A stretch of DNA of 64,000 nt, taken from assembly GCF_009914755.1 (NCBI RefSeq), contig NC_060938.1; one strand, 5' to 3'. The notes below the pieces were generated by a model that made no database searches, was not told the origin of the DNA, and saw only the letters and a program-made list of their open reading frames with translations. This DNA is from the human T2T-CHM13v2.0 reference genome, Homo sapiens. Position 1 is the first letter of the stretch, and each line of letters opens with the position of its first letter. Below are positions 17,140 through 30,470 of this stretch, piece after piece. Made by a program: the position numbers and the translations under genes.

Positions 17140-17260
17140 AAAAACTTGTTATCTCTGATGGCTACAAATGTGAATTATTATTTTCTTCTTTATAATTTTT
17201 TTGTACTTTCTAAATGTTCTACAATGAATATATATTAATTTTATAATAAGAGGAAATGTT
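17140..17260 (+). mobile_element. L1ME-type 3' terminal fragment
   Basis: TTTCTAAATGTTCTACAATGAATATATATTAATTTTATAATAAG resembles the L1ME3/4 terminus. Confidence 0.55.
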
Positions 17261-17966
17261 ATTTGCAACAGAAAATATTTTAGACTTCTAATGGCAAAAA
17301 TATAAATCACACAGTAAAATTAAAGATAGAAATATTATGTAGAATAATGTATTATTTCATTTACCTTGATACATGGAACACAAATGGGGAAGATTTTTAT
17401 CACCTCTCTACAGATTACTATTTCTAAAACTGTTTATTTCTCAGGGTAATTTTAATTATTATTATATATTTTTTGGTTTTTGATGTAATACTTTTAATTT
17501 ATGTAATAATTCTTAGGTTTTTTCTATTCTATATGAATTAAGTAATATTTTATTAATGAAATTTTATTGTTAGAACACTTTCAGAATTGCAGAAAATTAT
17601 GAGGATAGTACAGAGATTTTCCATAAACTGTTAATCTAGTTGCCCCTATTATTAACATCTTACATTTGCATAGCACAATTGTTACAATTGATGAGCTAAT
17701 ATTTACACACTATTTTTAACTAAAGTCCACATTTTATTTAGATTTCCTTAGTTTTTACCAAATATCTTTTCATTATTGCTGTTCCAGAACCCCATCTAAG
17801 ATATCACACTATATTAGCTATCATTCCTCCTTAGGCTACTCTACACTTTGACAGCAATCAGAGTTCTCTTGTTTTGATGACATTGACAGTTTTGGGGACT
17901 ATGGATTGGGTATTTTGTAAAATGCCTATGGGATTTGTCTAATATACCTCCTGTTATCAAACAGAA

Positions 17967-20401
17967 TGTATTAGTCCATTTTCACACTGCTATAAAGAAC
18001 TACCTTAGACTGGGTAATTTACGAAGAAAAGAGATTTAATTGACTAAAATTCTGCAGCCTTAACAGGAAGCATGACTGGGAGGCCTCAGGAAAATTACAA
18101 TAATGGCAGAAGGAAAAGGGGAAACAAGGCACATCTTACATGATGGCAGGATATAGACAGAACAATGAGAAGAACTGCCACACACTTTTAAACCATCAGA
18201 TCTCATGAGACCTCACTCACTGTCATGAGAACAGCATGGGAGGAAACCGCCCCCATGATCCAATCACTCCCCACCAGGTCTCTCCCTTGAGAGGTGGACA
18301 CTACAATTCAAGAGGAGATTTGGGTGGGGAGACAAAGCCAAACGATATCATTCTGTCTGGGGCCCATCCAAAATCTCATGTCTTTCTCACATTTCAAAAC
18401 ACAATCATGCCTTTCCAACAGTCCCCAAAAGTCTTAACTCATTCTAACATTAACCCGAAAGTCCAAGTCCAAAGTCTCATCTGAGACAAGGGAAGTCCCT
18501 CTGCCTATAAGCCTGTAAAATCAAAAGCAAGTTAGTTACTTCTGAGATGCAATGGGGGTACAGGCATTGGGTAAGTGTTCCCATTCCAAATGGGAGAAAT
18601 TGGCCAAAACAAAAGGGTTACAGGTCTAATGCAAGTCCAAAACCCAATAGGGCAGCCATTAAATCTTAAATATCCAAAATATCCTTTGACTCCATGTCTC
18701 ACGTCCAGGACACACTAATGCAAGGAGTGGGCTTCCAAGGCCTTGGGCAGCTCTGCTCCTGTGGCCCTGCAGGGCACAGACCCCTTGGCTTCTTTGACTG
18801 ACTGGCATTGAGTGCCTGTGTCTTCTCCAGGGGTGTGGTGCAAGCTGTCAGTAGATCTGCCATTCTGGGCCCTTGAGGACAGTGGCCAGCTTCTCATGGC
18901 TCCACTAGGCAGTGCCCCAGTGGGGACTGTCTGTGGGGGCACCAGCCTCACATTTTCCCTCTGCATTGCACTAATAGAGGCTCTCCATGAGGACTCCACT
19001 CCTGCAGCAGGCTTCTGCCTGGACATCCAGGCATTTCCATACATCGTCTGAAATTGGCAGAGGCTCCCAAAGCTCAGCTCTTATCTTCTTCACACCTGCA
19101 GGCCCAACACCACATGGAAGCTGCCAAGGCTTGGGGCTTGCACCCTCTGAATCAATGGCCTGAGCTGTATGTTGGCCCCTTTTAGCCATGGCTGGAGCTG
19201 CAGTGGATGGGAAGCAAGGCACCATGTCCTGAGACTGCACAGAGTAGTGGGGCCCATGAAAGCATTTTTCCCTCCTATCCTCTAGGCTTGTGACGGGACA
19301 GGTTGCCATGAAGATTTCTGAAATGCCCTGGAGACGTTTTCCCCATTGTCTTGGCTATTAACATCTGGCCCTCACTACTTATGAAAATTTCTGCAACCAG
19401 CTTGAATTTCTCCCCAAAAAATGGTTTGTCTTTTCTCCCACATAGTCAGGCTGCAAATTCTCCAAACTTTTATGCCCTGCTCCACTCTTAAACATAAGTT
19501 CTAATTTCAGTTCATCTCTTTCTTAATGCATATGAATGTACATTTTTAGAAAAAGCCATGTCACATCTTGAACTTTTTGCTGCTTAGACATTTCTTTAAC
19601 CAGACACCCTAAATCATCTCTCTCAAGTTCAAATTTCTGCAAATCTCTAGGGCAGGGACAAAATGCTACCAGTCTCTTTGCTAGAACATAGCAAGACTGA
19701 CCTTTGCTCCAGTTCCCAATTAGTTCCTCATCTCCATCTGAGACCACCTCAGCCCCTGGACTTCATTGTCTATATCACTATCAGCATTTTGGTCAAAACC
19801 ATTCAACGAGTCTCTAGGATGTTCAAAACTTTCCCATGTGTTCTTGTCTTCTTCTGAGCTCTCCCAACTATTCTAGCCTCTGCCCATTACCCATTTCCAA
19901 AATCACGTCCACATTTTAAATTATCCTTATAGCAATACCCAACTTCTCTCAGTACCAATGTTCTGTATTAGTCCATTTTCACATTGCTATAAAGAATTAC
20001 CTGAGACTGGGTAATTTATGAAGAAAAGAGATTTAATGACTCACATTACCACAGGCTTAACAGAAAGCATTACTGGGAGGTCACAGGAAACTCACAATCA
20101 TGGCAGAAGAGGAAAACAAGGTACATCTTACATGGTGGCAGGATAGAGAGACAGCGAGAGGGTAACAGCCACACACTTTTAAACCATCAGATCTCATGTG
20201 AATTCACTCACTATCACAAGAACAGCATGGGGGGAAACCACCCCAATGATTCAATTACCTCCCACCAGTTCCTTCCCTTGACATGTTGGGATTACAAGTT
20301 GAGACACAGTTTGTGAGATCTGGGTCAGGACACAAAGCCAAACCATATCATTCTACTCCTTGCCCCTCCCAAATCTCATGTCTTTCTCACATTTCAAAAC
20401 A
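17967..20401 (-). mobile_element. THE1D MaLR provirus: LTR 17967-18350, internal 18351-19963, LTR 19964-20350, plus 51 bp extra internal sequence
   Basis: Both LTRs read TGTATTAGTCCATTTTCACA...ATATCA with the CTTAACAG(G/A)AAGCAT segment typical of THE1D; ~1.6-kb THE1 internal region between them. Confidence 0.93.
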
Positions 20402-20830
20402 CTGAGGTTATGTCTTTTTGGGAGGAAGACCATAGATATACCATTTTCATTGCATCATGTCATGGCACATACTGTCAACACGATTTATCACTGTTGATGT
20501 TTACCTTGATCATCAACTGAGGCAGTAGTTGTCAAATTTCTCCACTGTAAGGCAGCTACTTTTATTCCTTTCTATACTATATATTTTTTTGAGAGTCCCT
20601 ACGCATAGCCCTCACTTTAAAACTAGAGAATTGTGCTCCTATCGTCTTGAGAGTAAAGCAGCTACACAAATTATTTGGTATTCTTCTGCAAGGAAGATTT
20701 GTTTTTGTTCCACCATTTCTTTACTTATTCAATAAGTGAAGATTTATGCATATTTATTTTATATTTTGGTTAAAATTCAATGCTACTTTATTTCTTTGCT
20801 CATTGTTCTATCCATGCCTTTTGAGAATTC

Positions 20831-21585
20831 TTTTTTTTTTTTTTTGTTTTGCAACTAATATTGATTTCTTTTTTATTTTTATTTTTATTTTTATTTTTTT
20901 TTAATTTTTTTTTTTTATTATACTCTAAGTTTTAGGGTACATGTGCACATTGTGCAGGTTAGTTACATATGTATACATGTGCCATGCTGGTGCGCTGCAC
21001 CCACTAACGTGTCATCTAGCATTAGGTATATCTCCCAATGCTATCCCTCCCCCCTCCCCCGACCCCACCACAGTCCCCAGAGTGTGATATTCCCCTTCCT
21101 GTGTCCATGTGATCTCATTGTTCAATTCCCACCTATGAGACATCATCTCACACCAGTTAGAATGGCAATCATTAAAAAGTCAGGAAACAACAGGTGCTGG
21201 AGAGGATGTGGAGAAATAGGAACACTTTTACACTGTTGGTGGGACTGTAAACTAGTTCAACCATTGTGGAAGTCAGTGTGGCGATTCCTCAGGGATCTAG
21301 AACTAGAAATACCATTTGACCCAGCCATCCCATTACTGGGTATATACCCAAAGGACTATAAATCATGCTGCTATAAAGACACATGCACACGTATGTTTAT
21401 TGCGGCACTATTCACAATAGCAAAGACTTGGAACCAACCCAAATGTCCAACAATGATAGACTGGATTAAGAAAATGTGGCACATATACACCATGGAATAC
21501 TATGCAGCCATAAAAAATGATGAGTTCATGTCCTTTGTAGGGACATGGATGAAATTGGAAACCATCATTCTCAGTAAACTATCGC
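20831..21585 (-). mobile_element. Pre-Ta L1HS, 5'-truncated and inverted (twin priming), with a short 3' transduction
   Basis: ACG at 21008-21010 (minus) and G at 20925; element-sense part 20917-21139, inverted ORF2 C-terminal part ~21135-21585; TSD GAGAATTCTTT at 20823-20833 and 21586-21596. Confidence 0.95.
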
Positions 21586-23734
21586 GAGAATTCTTTCCAT
21601 TGGATCCTGTGTCTCTTTGACAGACCCCCACCAGTGTGTATTTATGTATGTATGTATGTGTTTGTTTGTGTGTATGTGTGTATATGTTTAACCCTTTCAT
21701 GCTTTTGGTGCTATGAGATTATCCAGGTGCATCGTACATATTTCCAGCCCCAAACCTACAATTAGTCATTTATCTATGGAACTCTGATTCCTTCTAGTGG
21801 AAAATTGTATTAGTAATTAAGATCTGGGTACTCAGTGTACACTTGTCCAATGAAATGTCATTTTTAGGCACTCTCAGCTGACAGAACAAAGAAATATATC
21901 TGTGAATTCTAATCCATGTATATACAGATATCTATAAACATTATCACCTGTACCTATATTAAGCTAAACTTATACTGATGTCTCCAATGTAAATCCATTA
22001 CCACATTGATGATCCTAGCCTTCTCCCTTCATTTATTTGTAAATTCCCATTGCAACAGTATGAAAGGTGGATCCCACAGTCCACTATCCACTTATGTAAT
22101 TATTTAACTCCAGCATAAATGTATACCAGTATCAGAATTCTTAACTAATGGGGAAAAACATTTGTTAACTAGTGTATAGTGCTTATGCATTGTTCTTTTG
22201 CCTACTCTCAGACTCCATTCATTTCCAAAATTTCTTAAGTAAAAACCTTTTCTCCTAACACCTTCAGTGTGGTTGTTTCACATATTTGCAATAAGCTTAA
22301 ATTTTTGTCATATATTGCATTTTGTCCTGAGATCTCTGAAATGTCTAAATGATTTTTAAAATTTATTTTAAAAATATATTATTTAACTTTTATACTGCAC
22401 TTTCATATGGATTTTGACAAAAGTATAATATGTATCTAACATTGCAATATTATACTAAATAGTTTCACTACACTGTAAATCCCCAGTACTTTACCTGTAC
22501 TATTTTTCCCCATTCCTCCTTGCAATCACTGATCCTTTTACTGTCTGTAGATTTATTTGCCTTTTCCAGAATGTCATGTAATTGGAATTATAGAATGTAG
22601 GCTTTCCAGACTGGCTTCTTTCACTAAAATAGGGATTTAAGATTCATTTTCATCTTCATATGAGTTAATAGTGTTTTTCTTTGTATCACTGAGTAATATT
22701 CCATTGTATGTATGAATATACCACAGTTTGTTTATTCATTCACCTTTTGAAGGACATCTTGGTAGTTTCCAGGTTCTGGTAATAATGAAAACAGATTTTA
22801 TAAGCATTCATGTGTAGGCTTTTGGGTGAACATAAGTTTGTAAAAGAGTTGGGCAAATATCTTGGAGCACAATTGCTGGACCACGTGGTAAGACTGTGTT
22901 TAGCATTATAAGAAACTATCTGTTTCAAAATTGGCTGTACCATTTTGCCTTCCCACACATAATAAATGAAAGTTCCTGCTGCTCCACATCCTCACCACCA
23001 TTTGTTATTGTTAGAGCTTTTTGTATTGTTTTAGTTTTACTCATTCTACTAGGTGTGCAGCAATATCTCATCATTGCTCTAATTTGAAATTCTCTAATAA
23101 TAAATGATGTTGATTATTTTTATATACCTATTTGTCATCTGTGTATTTTCTTTGATGAAATTTCTGTTTTTATTTTTAAATTAGTATTTTTTAAGAATTA
23201 CATTTTAAGAGTTATTTCTATACTTCAGATACAAGTCTTTTTCAGGTATGTATTTTGCAGATGTTTTTGTATTGGTCTGGACTGCTGTTTTCATTCTCTT
23301 AATGGTGTTGAATTTAATTTGCTGATATTAGGCTAAGAATTTCTGCATCTATGTTCATAAGAGATATTGCTCTAGTCTTCTTTATTTGTACTGGGTCTTT
23401 TTCTGGTTTTGGTAGTAGGGTAGCACCAGCCTCATAGAATGAGTTAGAAAGTATTCCTACTGTTTCTGCCTTTTGGAGGAGAAATGATACATTTAGCAAA
23501 CATTTAATGAAAAAATATTATTTCTCTACAATTTCTATTGTATTTTTTTCATTAAATGTTTGCTAAAAGTGAACCTAACTGGTGCTTTCTATTTTGGAAG
23601 GTTATTAATTATTGATTCAATTTTTTGAATATACATAGGTATATCCAAATAAGGTGGTCTCCTTGTATGAGTTCAGCAGTTTGTATTTTTCAAAACATTG
23701 GTTCGTTTCTTATAAAGTATCAATTAAGAAACAT

Positions 23735-24720
23735 AAGGAAAGTCTTTCATAATTCTTTTCCTTTTTCCTGAAAAGTAAGTTTTATTTTGTTTTCTTCTAC
23801 TGACATCTTTCAAAATTTTCTCTTTGCCTTTGTTTACTGAAGTTTGATTTTAATATGCTTAGATGTTTTGGTATTTATCTTTCTCAGAGTTCTCTGAGCT
23901 TTCTAGATCTATGGTTGTTAATATTTCTTTACTATTCTTTTGATGTTTGTGGGACCAGTACAGATAATACATCTTTCCTTTCTGATGCTGTGAATTTCTG
24001 TATTCTCTATTTCTTCTTAGTTAACCTTCTTATAGGTTTATCAATTTTATTTATCATTCCGAACAAGCTTAGGATTTCATTGATTTTTCTCTATTGTTTT
24101 CTGTTTTCAATTTCATTGATTATCTGCTTTTATCCACTATGATGTTACTGTCATTTAACTTATCCAAGGACTATAATCATACAACACACCGTTAGAATTA
24201 CTGTAAATAAAAAGATATCTTTTATAATTAAGAAGAAAAAATATTTTAATTTTATTTAATGCCTTTAATTTTCCCTCCGCCGATGTTCTTCCTTTCTTTA
24301 TTTAGATGTGAGTTTCTGAATGATACCATTTTCTTTCCCTCTAAAGAATTTTTAAAATATTACTTGTAGGGAAGATCTATTGATGATAAATTTCCTCAGA
24401 TTTTTATCTGAGAAAGTTGTTACTTTGCCTACAAGTTTGAAGAAAAATTTCACTGGATATAAAATTTTAGATTTCATTTTGCTTTTCTTTTAATACTAAA
24501 TATTTCACTTCACTGTCTTTTTGATAACATAGTTTTAGAAGGAAAGTCTTTCATAATTATTTTCCTTTTTCCTGAAAAGTAAGTTTTATTTTGTTTTCTT
24601 CTGCTGACTTCTTTCAAAATTTTCTCTTTGCCTTTGTTTACTGAAGTTTGATTTTAATATGCTTAGATGTTTTGGTATTTATCTTTCTCAGTGTTCTCTG
24701 AACTTTCTAGATCGATGGTT
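23735..24720 (+). repeat. 182-bp dispersed direct repeat (23735-23916 and 24539-24720)
   Basis: Manual alignment gives 6 mismatches and no indels; the duplicated ORF starts MLRCFGIYLSQ at 23855 and 24659 reflect it. Confidence 0.95.
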
Positions 24721-25730
24721 TGCTTTGGCCATTAATTTTGGAAAATCCTCAGCCATTATTCCTTCCAATATTTCCTCTGTCCTTTTCTCTCTTTCTTTTC
24801 CTTCTGCTGTTTTCATTATATGTAAGTTACATTTATTGATTCTTCTATTTTTTTCTAAAAATTATTTTTCTCTTTTCTCTTTGCATTTCTGTTTGGAAAA
24901 TGTATAATGATTTATCTTCATGTTAACTTAATTTTTATCAGCTGATGAGCCCTTGTAAAGAATTTTTCATTTCTGTTACCATGGCTTTGATTTCTAGCAT
25001 TTTCCTTTCATGAAGGTTTTATCATTCTGTTTAATTTACCTGTCTGTTCTATTATTCTCTCTACCTCTTTTTTTACAGCATACCAAACATATTAGTAACA
25101 GTTATTTTAAATTCCTTGATGATTCCAACTCTGTGTCACAGCTGAGTCTTATCTGATGTTTGCTTTGTCTTCAGAACATTTTCTCTTGCCTTTTGTTATG
25201 TTTCGTAAATTTTTTTTTTTTTGGTTGAAAGTCAAATATGATGCATGAGGTAGGTGTTAGGAAATTAGGTAAGTAGACCTTTAGTGTGGGGTTTTATGAT
25301 AATGTGGCTAGGAGTAGGGCCATGTTTACTGTTTGTTGTAGTTGTAGGTGCCAGAGAATTCAAATGCCTAGAGTGCCCTTGTTTTTGTCTCCCCTGTTGT
25401 GTTTAGTGTCCCTCAGAACTCTTTAGATAAAGTCTACCTTACAGCTCTTTGGGAAATAACACTATTATACTGGATCCTTATTGATGTGATGGTAAGGAGT
25501 CAGGGAGGAAGAGCATTCTACAGCATTATGATTAAATCTGTCTTTTAGTGGGTCTTTAGACATAGACTGTAACTTTCACAAGTTACAGTTCTTAGATTTT
25601 TTTCCCCCCTTAAATGTCACAGAAAGACCAGACGATGCTAGAGTCGAAGAAATGACTTCCTTATGCCATCCTTATCATCAGGTGGATAAGGCTCCAGTAA
25701 AGTCTTACCCTTACAGAGTAAACTTTTCTT

Positions 25731-25752
25731 TGTGTATGTGTGTGTGTGTGTG
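25731..25752. repeat. (TG)n microsatellite
   Basis: TGTGTATGTGTGTGTGTGTGTG. Confidence 0.85.
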
Positions 25753-26166
25753 GAGAATACTCTATGAGTATTTAACACTGGCTAATTTTCCCCTTCTCCT
25801 CCCAGAACCAGGAGAAGATATTTTTTGACTTTTCAACATGTGAATTTAGTGTGGTTCCTGCAGGAAAAACCCAAGAAATTATTTAGGGGTTTGGAGTGCT
25901 GAGCACCAAGATTGCTGCTCACAGGAATTTCTCATTCTCATGGTAGTCCACACTGAGCCTCCAACAATAAATTAAAACTATCATTTGAGTGTTCTTATCA
26001 GCTTATGACTCCAGTGGCTTCTTTTCCAGAAAAGGAAATTGAAAGCATCTCCATATTTGCCTGTTTCTCTATATTTCAAGGTAGCAATATACTCTGGAAC
26101 CTCAGTTCTCTAATGGGTCCAGTAAAAGTATTAAAAAAAAAAAAAAGCTTTTTACATGTCAGAGCT

Positions 26167-26622
26167 TTTGATGGTTAATTTTATGTGTCAACTTGATTGG
26201 GTTAAGGGATATCCAGATAGCTATTAAAATATTACTTCTGGATATGTCTGTGAGGGTGTTTCTGGAAGAGATTAGCATTTCTATAAGTACACTGAACAAA
26301 AAAGATGTGCCCTCACCAATGTGGACAGTCAACATCCAGTCCATGGAAGACACAAATAGAACAAGAAGGAAGATAAAGAATGAATTTATTCCTTCTGCTT
26401 GAACTGGGACATCTTCTCCTGCTTTTGGATTCAGACCAGGAATTATACCATCATTTCTCTTGGTTCTTAGGCCTTCAGATTCAGACTGAATTACACCATT
26501 GACATTTATGGTTCTCCAGTTTGAAGACAGCAGATCGTAGGACTTCTTAGCCACCATAATATGTGAGCCATTTCCTGTAAATATTTTTTATTGGTTCCAT
26601 TTATCTGGAGAACTCTAACACA
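26167..26622 (+). mobile_element. MLT2C/D-type ERVL solo LTR
   Basis: TGATGGTTAATTTTATGTGTCAACTTGA start, TCTGGAGAACTCTAACACA end; 5-bp TSD GAGCT/GAGTT. Confidence 0.9.
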
Positions 26623-26683
26623 GAGTTGAAATCAAAAGTCTAATTTATTTTACTTTAAATCATGTCATTATGAAAACTTTTAC

Positions 26684-26898
26684 TAAAAATAGCCCATTTT
26701 TTCCAAAGGCCGTCACTGATAGATTGTTCTGCTTGCCAAACTCTCTATTCCTCTGACATTAAACAGTCAAGTCTCTATTCTCATAAACATAAGTATCCAT
26801 AGATGGGCTTTCCTCTTCTAAGGCTACAGTGGAAAACCATGTTCCAGGAGAACTATGAGTCCTGGAGTCATTCTCAAGTCTCCTGGAAACCCCCACAC
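26684..26898 (-). pseudogene. Putative exon (215 nt, phase 1 to 0)
   Basis: TTTTATATTTTCAG| acceptor; 71 codons with one stop (VGVSRRLENDSRTHSSPGTWFSTVALEEESPSMDTYVYENRDLTV*CQRNREFGKQNNLSVTAFGKNGLFL); weak donor GTAAAA. Confidence 0.45.
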
Positions 26899-27187
26899 CT
26901 GAAAATATAAAATTGATATCATCGTCCTCCAAGTTTTTGTGTCACTGCTTTTAAAAGTAGTAATATATATGCCACAATATGTCTCATTCTAAAGGTTGAA
27001 AATTTTTATGCTATGACTATAATGACATCATTCTCCCTCCCACAGAAGGCTTTTGCTTAGAGAATTCAGCAAGAGAACAAAATTAACAGGAAACGTCACT
27101 TTCACACACACAGATGGAAAAATGTTAACATCTCTTGAATTCTATGACAATCTCCTAGATGAGAACATGTATGTCACTATAACGTAC

Positions 27188-27237
27188 CAACGATGTGCAA
27201 ACACATCTTATAAGCAGGTGCTAAACTGAGGTCACTG
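27188..27237 (-). pseudogene. Putative exon (50 nt, phase 2 to 1)
   Basis: TTCCATTTTTCAG| acceptor, TTG|GTACGT donor; open frame SDLSLAPAYKMCLHIV. Confidence 0.45.
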
Positions 27238-28040
27238 CTGAAAAATGGAAGTTTTGGCAGCACTGAGAACAAAAGCTTCTTCCTAGGTGCAATTTCAAGC
27301 TAAGCAGTAAGAATCATGTGTAAGAAATTTTCCAGGCAGGATAAAACTTCGGGATGTTTTGGTGACATTGTACAGAAGAGGGCTTCTATTCTGTTCCACC
27401 TTCATTTCGCAGATCATGCAGAAATCTTACTCCTTACTTAAAGATTTTTTGGAATAAAATCAAACATTTTTACTAAAAAATAATATTGTGATTATTTCAA
27501 TATAAAAAAGAAATATGTGAACTTTGCCCTCCTTGAAGCCAGACCTAACAATGAATTATGAAAACTGTGCAGAAATATCTAGCAGATTCATTTGGCTCAA
27601 ATTTCCCTCTGTGCCTCTGCACCTCTAAAATGCATTTCTATGTTGCCAATATGCTGAGAATAAAGAATTACTTAAATTTGTTCAGAATAACAGTTGAAAT
27701 CGTATGCAGCCAGTTCTATATCTAGAAATAATGTTAACATGGTTTGTATATACAAGATAGAGTGAATATTCTTTTCTTTTCCATAAGTAATCCTAAGAAG
27801 GTTTACTCTGAACGTTCACAGAGCTGTAGAGTGAGTAAAGAAGTATTTTTTTATATTTGTGAAAATGTAAGACAAATGAGATACACAAAATTTTATAATG
27901 AGAATGATATTCTTGTAGACAGCATAGGAGAAATATATGGGACTATTAAACATTAATAGCCTATCAAGCTGAGTCATTGTTCAGAGAATTGAACACAGAA
28001 TCAAAATACTACCCTAATCCAATTTGTCTTTCAAGTACCA

Positions 28041-28084
28041 CCACACATACACAGACACACACACACACACGTACACACACACAC
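28041..28084. repeat. Imperfect (CA)n microsatellite
   Basis: CACACATACACAGACACACACACACACACGTACACACACACAC. Confidence 0.85.
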
Positions 28085-29916
28085 CATACAAATAAGTACA
28101 CAAATATCCTCTTTAGTAATCAGCTATGTTATCTCCCCTCCATTGCCTTTGCAATTTGCTCCTTTTCTCCTGTCTCCTTTTTTGCTAGATTGAAGAAAAC
28201 TTCAATCTAGCAATCTAGCAAAGCATTTTCCTCAACTCTACTCACTTTTCAATTTATTGCCCTAACCTCTTCCTTTTGTAACTCTTTCTTGTACTCTTAA
28301 CATCTGACATTGTGGGAAATTTATTATTATTAGACAATTAAATATACCACATCCACAGAATGGTGGTGATTTTTGGGTTTTGATTTTTTTTAACTTTTCC
28401 CTTTTAAGTGGATCTCAATCCATATATGTCTCTTCTTAGAGGCACATGATAAAAGTCATTTTTCTACCACTTCCCTCTCATTTGCCATGCTTCCTCAATG
28501 CCCCACACCCCCAGTAACATAAATACTGTTCTGTCAAATTTCATTATCATGTGATAGAACACCAGGAATAAGAGGGAGCTGTGAGAGATGAGGTCAGAAC
28601 AATAGTAAGGTCATAGGAGTTTGGACTTTTCTCTTCAGGTCAATATACTCTCAAGTACATTGAAAAATATACTTGAGACAATAGATTGAATATACTTCAA
28701 AACAGTAGGTTGAAAAAATTGATAGGTACATTTAAAATAGTTCATAGTCATATGATTATGATCTTATTAGGCTGATCACATTTTAACAGTTTCCTCTACC
28801 AAAGAGAGCTCTTTAGAACTAATTTACCCTGTGGCTCTCCCAAGACTATAGTATATAGCATTTGTCATGAAACTCTTTGGCATTTTTTTCACAATATACA
28901 TTGGAAATTTGCTTTAGACAATGGAGGTCATAGAAATATTTATCTTGTTATTTTAAAGATTACTTAGATGGCAGTACAAAGGATGGTTTCAAGGAACTAC
29001 AAATAGGCTAAATATCACCACATCTGTTATATAAGAAGCAATGGGATAAAGCACGCAACAGGACTGTTGAAGAGTTACTTTCAACATTATAGGTAAGAAA
29101 AATGGTGTTCTGAATAAGATGGTGCAATAGGCAATGGCAATGAAGAAGGGGAAGAGATTATTAAGAGTTTTTAAGGAAGTAGACTTAACAGGACTTATTT
29201 GACTATAGTTACAGGATGAAGGAAGAGCCCAGAGCAGGGCCCTGATTTCTGACACAGGAGCTGACTGAAGGACCATAGCATGATATGGACATTCAAATCC
29301 AGAGGAAACTGGAGGATAGTAGAAGTAGGATGGTTTCAAGGAGGGGTGCTACAATGTGAGAAGCATGTGAAAAAGGGGTGAGAAAACTTCTCTACAGTTT
29401 TGCATGGAACTGTGCTTGCTCTAAAGGGCATAGGTTTTCATGTCATGTGGCTAAGTACAGTGAATATCTCATGTAATTTATTCTTTCAGTAATTATGTCT
29501 AATTTCTTTCACTGGTATTTGGTCCTATATAAATTTGATTGATACATTTTGTTCCTACTAAAGCTAAGACTGGACTCAGGTCTGGTACCGTTATTCTCTG
29601 TGTCAGAGTCTTCAATTGACCCAATTTCCATCAAATAAATAAACAATCCTTCTTCTCTAAGTGAGACTTGAAACCATGGTTGTCTCTTTTTCTCCCTTCA
29701 TATTTCAGTTCTACTTTTTCACCTTTTATAATGTTCTCATATCCAGAAGACTCCAAAACAATCCTGAAAGACATAAATGTAGAAATAAACAAGTGGAAAG
29801 ACATACCATTATCTTGGGTGGGAAGAGTTAATGTATTAAATATGCAGTCTCCATAAAAATGCCATTAGTTTTCATTTTCTTTGAAGCTAAACAGAGTTCG
29901 GTTTGAAAAAAAGTAG

Positions 29917-30470
<554 letters not shown>

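Larger units (their letters stand above)
17560..26130 (-). mobile_element. Ancient L1MC3-like element, internally deleted; hosts the THE1D and the pre-Ta L1HS
   Basis: Antisense L1MC 3' end at 17560-17960, continuing at 20402-20820 and from 21597; ORF2 remnant (ORF 23314..23499: SFYEAGATLLPKPEKD...ISLMNIDAEIL); L1MC-type 5' region to ~26130. Confidence 0.75.

Noticed and set aside
20943-21620. 225-aa ORF, the longest in the track
   Set aside because: Chance in-frame fusion of antisense L1 3'UTR to the ORF2 C-terminus across the twin-priming junction; non-ATG start and no promoter evidence.
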